Positions 37,862 through 45,911 of a DNA stretch of 64,000 bases are shown one piece after another. Numbering within the stretch: the stretch's first letter is position 1; each line of letters opens with the position of its first letter. The position numbers and the translations under genes were made by a program. The stretch is from a candidate division WOR-3 bacterium (GTDB taxonomy: Bacteria; Hydrothermota; Tepidihabitantia; Tepidihabitantales; Tepidihabitantaceae), in assembly GCA_965649225.1 (NCBI GenBank), contig CBFGJX010000007.1:1-64000 (forward strand). The letters are read 5' to 3'. Under the pieces are notes generated by a model. It made no database searches, was not told the DNA's origin, and worked only from the letters and a program-made list of their open reading frames with translations.

Positions 37862-39466
37862 TCAGTCCTTGCGGGTATAGTCGGGCAGCAGCACGGGCGA
37901 ACAGGCGCAGGCTTTGATGCCTTTGCTGTCCAGCTCCGCCTGCCAGCGGTCAACGTGGGCAAGCGACAACTCCAGCTGTCCGGTGCGCTCTCGGGCGACA
38001 GTCGCGGCAGTTGCGCCGGCGCGGCGGCCGAATACGACGACATCCAGCAGCGAATTGCCCATCAGCCGGTTGCGACCATGGACACCGCCCGATGCCTCTC
38101 CCGCTACCAGCAGGCCGGTGACGCCGGTGGTGCAGTCGGCCTTGATGGCAATGCCGCCGTTCTGGTAATGCAGTGTGGGATAGACCAGAATCGGCTCAAC
38201 GGCAATGTCGATGCCGTGGCGGCCAAACTGGCGCACCATCGCCGGCAGTTCGCGTCGGACCGAGCCCGGGCCGCGCCGGGTTTCAATCATCGGGGTGTCG
38301 AGCCAGACTGCGTCAACTCCGGCCGGTGTCTTGACGCCGCGGCCGGCCTGGCACTCGCGGATGATGGCCGAGGCGACGACGTCGCGGGTTTCGAGCGGGT
38401 AGATGAACTGCTCGCCGGCGGCGTTGACCAGCTGGGCGCCGAGCGAGCGGACTTTTTCGGTGACGAGCTGGCCGAGGATTTGCTGCGGGAAGGCGGCGCC
38501 GGTCGGGTGATACTGCATCGTGTCGATGAAGGCGAGTCGGGCCCCGGCGCGGTAAGCAAGCACCAGGCCGTCGCCGGTGGCGCCGTAGTGGTTCGAGGTC
38601 GGGAAGTTCTGGTAGTGCAGCCGGCCCGAACCGCCGGTCGCGATGACCGTCACCCGGGCGCGGACAACAATCTGGCGGCCGATGTTGAGGTTGGTAAGCA
38701 CTGCGCCGTTGACCGCGCCGGTCGAGTCGGTGAGCAGTTCGATTGCCGGACAGAACTCAAGTACGGTGATGCCGGGACGGGAGCGGACCTCGTCGCGCAG
38801 CGTGCGCATTATCTCGGCGCCGGTGTAGTCGCGGGCGGTGTGCATCCGCTTGCGCGAGGTGCCGCCGCCGTGAATGGTCTTCATCGAACCGTCGGCATTT
38901 TTGTCAAACATCGCCCCGAGTTCTTCCAGCCAGGCGATTGCCATCGGCGCATCGGACACCAGCGCCTCGACCAGGTCAGGGTCGTTGTGGAAATGGCCGC
39001 CGCCGATGACGTCAAGGTAGTGAATCGCCGGCGAATCACCGGGCGAGTCGGCGGCCTGAATGCCGCCCTGGGCCATCATCGTGTTGGCGTCGCCGAGCCG
39101 GAGCTTGGTGGCCAGCAGTACCCGGGCACCGTTGCGCTCGGCGGTGATTGCCGTGGCGCAGCCGGCACCGCCACCGCCAATGACCAGGACGTCAGTTTCG
39201 ATATCGGGGCGTGACAGGTCGGGCCGGCTGGTGGCGAGGGGGGAAGCGGCCTGGAGCACACTGGCCAGCTCGCGCGGAGTTCGGTCGCCGGCATTGGGAC
39301 CCACGTCAAGCCGGGAGAAGGCGTCGCTGTGGTAGTCGGGATGGTAGTCTTTGAGGAGCTGTTCCTTCTGTTCGGCAGTGGCGCGAGGATATTCCTGTTC
39401 AAGCCGCGCAGTGCGGCTGGCAATGCAGCGGTGCAGCGAATCCTGTAATTGCTGAGGATAGCTCAT
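37862..39466 (-). CDS. Fumarate reductase/succinate dehydrogenase-family flavoprotein (TfrA-like, non-covalent FAD)
   Basis: IGGGGAG, MAQGG, IATGG, TGDG, QYHPTG, TRDVV, PTLHY..GG, AGE..GG.HG.NRL.GNSL. Confidence 0.88.
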   Translation of the reverse strand: MSYPQQLQDSLHRCIASRTARLEQEYPRATAEQKEQLLKDYHPDYHSDAFSRLDVGPNAGDRTPRELASVLQAASPLATSRPDLSRPDIETDVLVIGGGGAGCATAITAERNGARVLLATKLRLGDANTMMAQGGIQAADSPGDSPAIHYLDVIGGGHFHNDPDLVEALVSDAPMAIAWLEELGAMFDKNADGSMKTIHGGGTSRKRMHTARDYTGAEIMRTLRDEVRSRPGITVLEFCPAIELLTDSTGAVNGAVLTNLNIGRQIVVRARVTVIATGGSGRLHYQNFPTSNHYGATGDGLVLAYRAGARLAFIDTMQYHPTGAAFPQQILGQLVTEKVRSLGAQLVNAAGEQFIYPLETRDVVASAIIRECQAGRGVKTPAGVDAVWLDTPMIETRRGPGSVRRELPAMVRQFGRHGIDIAVEPILVYPTLHYQNGGIAIKADCTTGVTGLLVAGEASGGVHGRNRLMGNSLLDVVVFGRRAGATAATVARERTGQLELSLAHVDRWQAELDSKGIKACACSPVLLPDYTRKD

Positions 39467-39469
39467 TGG

Positions 39470-40153
39470 TCACTCCGGTTCGATGTCGCGGGCGGCATAG
39501 CGCTGCTTCAGTTCCTCTTTTGTGAGGTTCTTGAGAGTCGTCAGCTCGGGGGTGTAGCGCCCGGCCGCAATTTCGGCACAGCGTTCGGCAAGGTGGGCGG
39601 AACGAGGCGCAAGTCGGGCACCGTAGATCCGCCGCGCCAGCAGTGCCGCGTTGTGCTTGACCAGTTCGGCCGGGCAGCGGGCGACACACAGGCCGCACAT
39701 GATGCAGTCGAACGAGATGTCGGCGGCGGCGGCGATGTCACCCCGAACGATCGCCGAGACGTAACCGAGAACGTCGATGTCCTGGGGACAGGACTTGGTG
39801 CAGGTGTTGCAGCCGAAGCAGCGCAGCATTTCCGGATAGAGCCGCAGTACCTCCTGGCCGGTGCCGGCAAGTTCTTCGAGCCGGTAGTCGGCACGGTGGG
39901 CCGGGAAAAACGGCAGCATCGCCAGCGACATTCCCGGTTCTACCTTTGTCTGACAGGCCAGGGCAAAGCGCAGGTGATAGTCGCCGGGCAGGCGGTAGAC
40001 AGTGGCACAGGCACCGCAGAAGCCGCCGCGGCAGCCAACGCCGCGGGTCAAACGGTAACCGGCATATTCCATCGCCTGCAGGATGGTGAGCGAGTCGGGA
40101 ACCAGATGGTGTTCGCCCATCACGTAGAAGTCAATCAGACTGGCGTCAGGCAT
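39470..40153 (-). CDS. Iron-sulfur subunit ([2Fe-2S] + 2x[4Fe-4S], SdhB/TfrB-like)
   Basis: CRGGFCGAC...LAC, CFGCNTCTKSCP, CIMCGLCVARCP. GGAGGAGG before ATG 40153. Confidence 0.85.
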   Translation of the reverse strand: MPDASLIDFYVMGEHHLVPDSLTILQAMEYAGYRLTRGVGCRGGFCGACATVYRLPGDYHLRFALACQTKVEPGMSLAMLPFFPAHRADYRLEELAGTGQEVLRLYPEMLRCFGCNTCTKSCPQDIDVLGYVSAIVRGDIAAAADISFDCIMCGLCVARCPAELVKHNAALLARRIYGARLAPRSAHLAERCAEIAAGRYTPELTTLKNLTKEELKQRYAARDIEPE

Positions 40154-40598
40154 TGTCGCCGACCTCCTCCAGAAATTGGTCAAGGTAGGTGTCGTCGGCC
40201 GGAGCCAGTTTGGCGAGCAGGTGTTTCATCTGCTCGACAGTCCGGGTCCGAACGATGTAATACTTGATTGTCGTGTCAACCTGCGGACAGGCCATCACAC
40301 AGTTGTAGCAACGGTCGCAGTCGGTGCCGACCATGGTCTCAAGTGCCAGCGAGGTGCGCTGCGCAGTTTTCTGCAGGCGGGCCGGCTCGCGGGCAAGCAG
40401 TGAGCAGATGTCGATGCAGTTGCCGCAGCCAAGGCAGGCTCGGCTGCCGGTAAGTTCATCCCGGGTTTTGAGCATGTGCGACGGGCCGAAGCCGGAGGAA
40501 AGCAGCCGGCAGCGGGCCACCGGGGGTTCCGAGATGTCGAGGATGTGCTCGAGCGATGCGAGCACTGCTTCAATGTCGGTCTGGACTGTGTTGGGCAT
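40146..40598 (-). CDS. 2x[4Fe-4S] ferredoxin-type protein
   Basis: CLGCGNCIDIC and CDRCYNCVMACP. Confidence 0.8.
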   Translation of the reverse strand: MPNTVQTDIEAVLASLEHILDISEPPVARCRLLSSGFGPSHMLKTRDELTGSRACLGCGNCIDICSLLAREPARLQKTAQRTSLALETMVGTDCDRCYNCVMACPQVDTTIKYYIVRTRTVEQMKHLLAKLAPADDTYLDQFLEEVGDNA

Positions 40599-40652
40599 GG
40601 TTCAACTGCACCGGGCTGCGGAGTGAAAAAAGCGAGCAAATCGTCTGGCCGG

Positions 40653-41630
40653 TCACGATTGTGCTTTCAGCTTGCGGAATGCATCGGTGAGCAGCGGGAC
40701 AATTGTGAACAGGTCGCCGACGATGGCATAGTCGGCGACTTTCATGATGTTGGCTTCGGGGTCCTTGTTGATGGCAACGATGCATTTTGACGCCGACATG
40801 CCAACGAGGTGCTGAATTGCCCCGGATATGCCGCAGGCGATGTAAAGCTGCGGTGCAACGGTCTTGCCGGTCTGGCCGACCTGGAACTGGTGGTCACGCC
40901 AGCCGGCGTCAACCGCAGCCCGGGAGGCACCCACCGCGGCATTGACCGTGGCGGCAAGTTCTTCGAGCAGGGCGTAATTTTCCGGGCCCTTCATACCCCG
41001 GCCGCCCGAGATAATGATGTCGGCTTCGGTGAGTTCGACGGTTTTGGTTACGGCTTTGACCACTTCGGTCACCCGGGTGCGCAGTTCGGCCGGGGCAAGG
41101 CCGGTGGTGACGATTGTACCTTCGGTCGGAGATTCGCCGATTGGAGCGACTGCGCGGGGACGAATCGAGACGACCAGCGGACCGGATGACTGCGCCTTGA
41201 CCTGGGCGAGTGCCTTGCCGGCATAGATCGGCCGGGTGAAAAGCGGGGTGTTGTCGTCAGCAAACTCGATTGCCGTCACATCCGGCACCAGCGTGGTCTC
41301 AAGTTCTGCCGCCAACGTCGCCGACAGGTCCTTGCCCTGAGTGGTTGCACCGACGACGATGGCGGTCGGTTTGTGCTCGTTGATGAGCTGGAGGAGTGCA
41401 CTGGTGTAGCCGTCCGGGGTGTAGCGGTCGAGGTCGGAGGCGTCGATGACAAAGACGCGGCCGGCGCCGAAGCGACGCAGGTTTTCAGCCATCCCGGCAA
41501 CACCGGAACCGATGATGACAGCAGCGAGTTCAGACTTTTGCCTTTTGGCCAGCATGTAGCCGGCCAGCAGCGCTTCGTAAGTGACCTTTTTCAGCCTACC
41601 GTCACGCTGTTCAGCGACAACCAGCACCAT
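40653..41630 (-). CDS. etfA: Electron transfer flavoprotein alpha subunit
   Basis: RPIYAG, LTEADIIISGGRG, GASRAAVDAGW, QVGQTGK.V.P.LYIACGISGAIQH, AINKD. Confidence 0.95.
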   Translation of the reverse strand: MVLVVAEQRDGRLKKVTYEALLAGYMLAKRQKSELAAVIIGSGVAGMAENLRRFGAGRVFVIDASDLDRYTPDGYTSALLQLINEHKPTAIVVGATTQGKDLSATLAAELETTLVPDVTAIEFADDNTPLFTRPIYAGKALAQVKAQSSGPLVVSIRPRAVAPIGESPTEGTIVTTGLAPAELRTRVTEVVKAVTKTVELTEADIIISGGRGMKGPENYALLEELAATVNAAVGASRAAVDAGWRDHQFQVGQTGKTVAPQLYIACGISGAIQHLVGMSASKCIVAINKDPEANIMKVADYAIVGDLFTIVPLLTDAFRKLKAQS

Positions 41631-41675
41631 TATCCTTAGCTTCTCCTTAGGGCTTTGTTTGCGGCCTGAGTGGGA

Positions 41676-41703
41676 ATTGTAATCGCGAGTGGTTCAAAGT
41701 CAA
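41676..41703 (-). promoter_or_regulatory. Promoter of etfA operon
   Basis: Minus strand: TTGACT-N16-TACAAT. Confidence 0.7.
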
Positions 41704-41752
41704 CGACCGGCAGGATGGGTTCAGGATCGGCAGCAGGACGCAGCCGCGTGCT

Positions 41753-41781
41753 TTGACGGCAGGGCAAATCTGAGGTATAAT
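41753..41781 (+). promoter_or_regulatory. Promoter of large surface protein gene
   Basis: TTGACG-N17-TATAAT. Confidence 0.7.
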
Positions 41782-41869
41782 TTTTCCGGGTGGATTGACG
41801 AGCTAAGGCCGAAACGCCCGACTGGTCTCACTGGTGAGGCAGTCAGGGCACAGGGACAAAGGAGCGCGT

Positions 41870-44800
41870 ATGCTCGGTCTTAGTTCGATACTGCTACTGT
41901 CAGCATTGCTGACGGCGGCCCCGGCCGGAACCATGCCGGAGGCTGCTTCGCCGCTTGGCCTGCTCGGTGTGACCGGGGCGACAGAACTGCCTGCTCTGCG
42001 CACCGAGTTTTCACGGACATACGATCTGCACAACGGCCAGTACCTGGCTGAAATCTTCGCCGTGCCCATTCACGAGCAGGGGCCGGGTGGGATGTGGTTG
42101 CCGGTTGACGCCGACACTACCGACTCAGTGTTCCCACAGAACGCCGACTGGTGGACCGGTCACGTTCAGCGGCAAAACTCGACCGGCGATGTCAAGCAGA
42201 ACAACGACCTCTATTTCCGGGGCGGGAATGCGGCGTCGCACGACAAGCGCCAGGCTTGGATCAAGTTCGACCTCTCGGGAATAAACGACAGTGGGGTCGT
42301 CAACGCCACCGGCCTGGTCTATTACTGTTATTCGATTGACGCCGCCGGCGGGCCGACGACACTGATCAGGGTCGTCAACGTTGATCCTGTACCCGCGACT
42401 GCGACCCAGTTGTGGACTGCCATAACGACCGGTGATTCGGCATCGATGCGCGCCAGTCATGGAACCGGCTGGGTACTGCGGCCGCTCAACCAGACCGGAG
42501 TGAACGCGGTGCGCAACGGTCTGGCCAACAACTGGGTGGCATTCGGCATTCACGAGCCTGAGACCGATAACAGCCGGTGGGGCCACGCCTATGGCTATTT
42601 CCCGCGTTCAACCGCGCCGCGAATGTATGTTACCTACACGCCGCCGCCGCCACCGCCCGACATCGGCGTGACCGGCATCGTCGCACCGACCGGAACTGTT
42701 GACACCGGAGCGATGGTCTATCCGCAGGCAACCTGGCACAACTATCACAGTGCCGCCTATGGGTTCAGCGCTTGGTTCATTCTGACCAATCCGTCGGGGC
42801 AGCGGGTCTATTCCGAGGTCCGAAATATCAGTTCGTTGCGGGCGGGTGGCGATACGACAATCAGTTTCACCGGTTTCAACGTCGGCACTGCCTCGGGTAC
42901 GTGGTTCGCGAAGTGCTCAACTTTTGCCGGTGGCGACACCAACTGGCGCAATGATACCATCCAGCGCAGTTTCACGGTTTTCCCGCGGCATGTCGATGTC
43001 GGGGTTGCCTCGATTGTCCGGCCGGCCGGGGTCATCGACACCGGGATGACGGTCGTGCCTCGTGCCATCTGGCACAACTATCATCCGCTCCATCCAGCGA
43101 ATTTCGAAGCGTGGTTCATACTGCTGGACCCGACGGGTGAGAGACGTTACAGTCACTCGATTGCGGTGACCGGGCTTGCTGCTGGTGCCGATACCGTTCT
43201 CAACTTTCCGAGTTACTATTTCGGTCAGGGCATCGGACAGTGGACAGCCCGTTGTTCGACTTACTGTGCCATTGATACGATGCCGGCCAACGATGTCCGG
43301 CAGGGTGTTTTCACAGTTACGCCCTGGACAGTACATTCTGACATCGGGGTAGTCGAAATCACCGCTCCCCGTGGCGTTTTTGATACGGCCGCACCGGTAC
43401 AGCCGGCCGCAACCTGGAAGAACTATCTGACCGAGGCCACGGGTTTTGAGGCCTATCTCCGGGTATTCAATCCACGCAGCGAGCTGGTCTACAATGCTTC
43501 AACCGTGGTATCCAGCCTGGCGGCCGGTGCCGAGACCACGCTGGTCTTTCCGCTTTTCTATGTCGATACCTCACAGGGGCATTGGACCGTGCGGTGTTCC
43601 ACCTACCTGACTTTTGACGTCGATTACAGCAATGACACTCTGAGTTCGACGTTTCTGGTTTATGTCGGCGGTCAGGCACCCCCTCAGCCGGGTTGGGCAG
43701 AGATGGAGCCGATGCCGGTCGAACCGTCAGGCAAAGCAGTCAAACATGGCGGCTGGCTGACCTGGAGTTCCGGCGATGGCCGTCTCTATATCGGCAAGGG
43801 CAACAAGACCGGCGATTTCTACAGCTACAATCCGCGGACAAACTACTGGGAACGACGAGCGGCGATTCCGGGCGGACTGACCGGCAAGCTGCCGGCAAAG
43901 GGCGCTGACGGCTGCGCCGACGGTGAACGCTGGGTCTATTTCGTCAAGGGCAACAACACCGCCGAGTTCTGGCGTTATGATGTGCTGGCGGATACCTGGT
44001 CAGCGCTTGCCGATGTGCCCCTTGGTCCTTCCAACAAACGCATCAAGGGCGGCAACGACATGGTCTTTGTGCCCGGCGCAGGCGACACCGGTTACATCTA
44101 CCTGCTCAAGGGGCAGAAGGCCGATTTCATGCGGTTCAATACCGTCTCGGGCATCTGGGAAATGCTTTCCTCGGCGCCAATCAATCCCAAACCGAAGTGG
44201 GACCGCGGTTCGTGGCTGGTCTACGATGGCAGCAACACGATTTACGCCCACAAAGCCAAGTTTCATGAACTGTGGACATACGATATTCCACACGATTCCT
44301 GGATGGTGCAGCGAACCGGGATGCCGTTCTTGCGCACGTCGCCCGGCAAGTCGAAGAAGTCCAAGGACGGCGGGTCGGCAGCCTATTTCGACGGGCGGAT
44401 ATACGCTCTGAAGGGCGGCAATACGACCGAGTTCTGGCGCTACCATGTCGATGGCGACAGCTGGGTCGGAATGGATTCGATGCCCGCATTCGGTTCCACC
44501 GCCAAGAAGCGCCGAGTCAAGGACGGTGGCTGCATGGTGGCCGTGGGCAACGGGCAGTTCTTTGCCTTGAAAGGTGCCAACACCCGTGAGCTCTGGCGTT
44601 ACCAGGAAGCCGATGAACTGGCCTTGGCCGGCAGTGGTTGTACAGCTGCGCGGCCAAAATCGGGCGTGGCTGGTGGCAGGGCAGGAGGTATTGTCGGGCC
44701 ACTGGCAATGACCATCACGCCGAATCCATCGCCTGTGCGAAGTCTCAGACTGAGTTGCACCACACCTTTTGCCGGCAGTGCTTCTCTGCTGGTCTTCGAT

Positions 44801-44950
44801 GTCGCGGGGCGGATCAGGCGTCGGTTCGATTTCGCGCTGGTTCCGTCTCAAGGCGTGCAGTTTGATTTGTCCGGTCTGAATGCCGGCATCTATCCAGTGC
44901 GGATCGAGGCCGGAGGTCTCACAGCGACGGCGAAGCTGGTTCTGAAGTAG
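41870..44950 (+). CDS. Large secreted protein: DNRLRE-like domain, three CARDB-like repeats, Kelch-like propeller, T9SS-type C-terminal domain
   Basis: Signal peptide, R.AWIKFDLS, 3x DIGV..I..P.G...W.NY...G.W...CST...D...ND, repeated KG.NT.EFWRY, C-terminal ITPNP...FDVAGR...L.AGIY...AKLVLK. Confidence 0.8.
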   Translation: MLGLSSILLLSALLTAAPAGTMPEAASPLGLLGVTGATELPALRTEFSRTYDLHNGQYLAEIFAVPIHEQGPGGMWLPVDADTTDSVFPQNADWWTGHVQRQNSTGDVKQNNDLYFRGGNAASHDKRQAWIKFDLSGINDSGVVNATGLVYYCYSIDAAGGPTTLIRVVNVDPVPATATQLWTAITTGDSASMRASHGTGWVLRPLNQTGVNAVRNGLANNWVAFGIHEPETDNSRWGHAYGYFPRSTAPRMYVTYTPPPPPPDIGVTGIVAPTGTVDTGAMVYPQATWHNYHSAAYGFSAWFILTNPSGQRVYSEVRNISSLRAGGDTTISFTGFNVGTASGTWFAKCSTFAGGDTNWRNDTIQRSFTVFPRHVDVGVASIVRPAGVIDTGMTVVPRAIWHNYHPLHPANFEAWFILLDPTGERRYSHSIAVTGLAAGADTVLNFPSYYFGQGIGQWTARCSTYCAIDTMPANDVRQGVFTVTPWTVHSDIGVVEITAPRGVFDTAAPVQPAATWKNYLTEATGFEAYLRVFNPRSELVYNASTVVSSLAAGAETTLVFPLFYVDTSQGHWTVRCSTYLTFDVDYSNDTLSSTFLVYVGGQAPPQPGWAEMEPMPVEPSGKAVKHGGWLTWSSGDGRLYIGKGNKTGDFYSYNPRTNYWERRAAIPGGLTGKLPAKGADGCADGERWVYFVKGNNTAEFWRYDVLADTWSALADVPLGPSNKRIKGGNDMVFVPGAGDTGYIYLLKGQKADFMRFNTVSGIWEMLSSAPINPKPKWDRGSWLVYDGSNTIYAHKAKFHELWTYDIPHDSWMVQRTGMPFLRTSPGKSKKSKDGGSAAYFDGRIYALKGGNTTEFWRYHVDGDSWVGMDSMPAFGSTAKKRRVKDGGCMVAVGNGQFFALKGANTRELWRYQEADELALAGSGCTAARPKSGVAGGRAGGIVGPLAMTITPNPSPVRSLRLSCTTPFAGSASLLVFDVAGRIRRRFDFALVPSQGVQFDLSGLNAGIYPVRIEAGGLTATAKLVLK

Positions 44951-44967
44951 CTCCGTCACTGTCCCTG

Positions 44968-45001
44968 AGTCTGAGCGCCCCGGCAGGGGCGCTCAGACTT
45001 T
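44968..45001 (+). terminator. Rho-independent terminator
   Basis: agtctgagcgcccc-ggca-ggggcgctcagact 14-bp stem followed by a short T run. Confidence 0.75.
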
Positions 45002-45014
45002 CTACCGCCTCAGC

Positions 45015-45042
45015 TTGACTGGCGGGTGTGGACTCATAGAAT
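45015..45042 (+). promoter_or_regulatory. Promoter of barrel-HhH-nucleotidase-recJ-rlmI operon
   Basis: TTGACT-N16-TAGAAT. GGAGG precedes TTG 45080. Confidence 0.7.
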
Positions 45043-45079
45043 CACCCTGAGGTCCGATGCACCACTCTGGAGGACAATT

Positions 45080-45910
45080 TTGCAGGCACGCAGTATCCGG
45101 CTGCTGATTCTGATGGCTGTTTTCCTGCCCGCGGCGTTCGTCCGGGCTGCTTTCGAAGAGTACCGAACCGGCGTGCGCGCCGAGGGGATGGGCGGTGCTT
45201 TTACGGCTATAGCTGATGATGTCTCGGCGATTGACTATAATCCGGCCGGGCTTGGTGCCGTCAGCAGTGCCGGCGCAGCAGCCTTTGGACGTTTGCTCTA
45301 CGGCGGGGTCGGCGTCGGCCTGCACACTGCTCACGTCGCCGGCTGTCTGCCTGTCGGGCAGATTGGAACGCTGGCAATCCGGTTGCAGGAGACCGGCTTT
45401 GCGCGACTTTCCGAGCGTTCGCTCCGGCTCGGGCATGGTGTAAAGCTCGCAGACGGGTTGTTCTTCGGTTACGCGTTCAGCGGCTACAATCTCAGTCAGG
45501 CTGGGGGCTATGGCAGCGGTTTCGCCATTGGCGCCGATGTTGCTCTGCTGGGCACGGTCTACGAGAGCTGGCGCATCGGCTTTCTTGCCCAGAATCTCAA
45601 TCGACCTCGGATCGGCAATTCCGCGCTGCCACAGGTGCTGGCTTTTGGGCTGGGTTACTCACCGGCACCCGGAATCAATTCGGCACTGGACGTGAGCAAG
45701 GAGCCGGGTCGGCCCGCCCGGGTGCACGTGGGTCAGGAGTTCCGTATCGTTCAGGACTTCCTGACGCTGCGTGCCGGGGTGGAGAGTGAGCCGGTGCGGT
45801 TTGCGGTTGGCTTCCGGACAGGCCTGGAACGAGTCCATCTTGATTACGCACTGAAGACCCACCCGGTGCTGCCGGTGACCCATACCATCGGCCTGGCAGC
45901 GGAGTTTTAG
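45080..45910 (+). CDS. PorV/PorP-like outer-membrane beta-barrel
   Basis: Signal peptide. G.R..GMGGAF.A.ADD.SA..YNPAGL, LRAG, LDYA...HP.L..TH, terminal F. Confidence 0.75.
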   Translation: MQARSIRLLILMAVFLPAAFVRAAFEEYRTGVRAEGMGGAFTAIADDVSAIDYNPAGLGAVSSAGAAAFGRLLYGGVGVGLHTAHVAGCLPVGQIGTLAIRLQETGFARLSERSLRLGHGVKLADGLFFGYAFSGYNLSQAGGYGSGFAIGADVALLGTVYESWRIGFLAQNLNRPRIGNSALPQVLAFGLGYSPAPGINSALDVSKEPGRPARVHVGQEFRIVQDFLTLRAGVESEPVRFAVGFRTGLERVHLDYALKTHPVLPVTHTIGLAAEF

Positions 45911-45911
45911 A

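Noticed and set aside
37109..39214. 701-aa plus-strand ORF, and similar long antisense ORFs such as 51020-52339, 45675-46895 and 28006-29100
   Set aside because: These are shadow ORFs opposite well-supported genes in a GC-rich genome, with no recognisable motifs.
37862..39466. Flavoprotein as a urocanate reductase because hutU is nearby
   Set aside because: It retains the QYHPT His and other dicarboxylate-site residues, lacks a signal peptide and FMN-binding domain, and is in a separate transcription unit from hutU.
41795..41852. Hammerhead ribozyme or c-di-GMP-I riboswitch in the 41870 leader
   Set aside because: The TTGACGA...GAAA core lacks C3, a pairable stem II and an NUH cleavage triplet. 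The GGGCAAA element lies within the promoter and there is no GACGCAAA.
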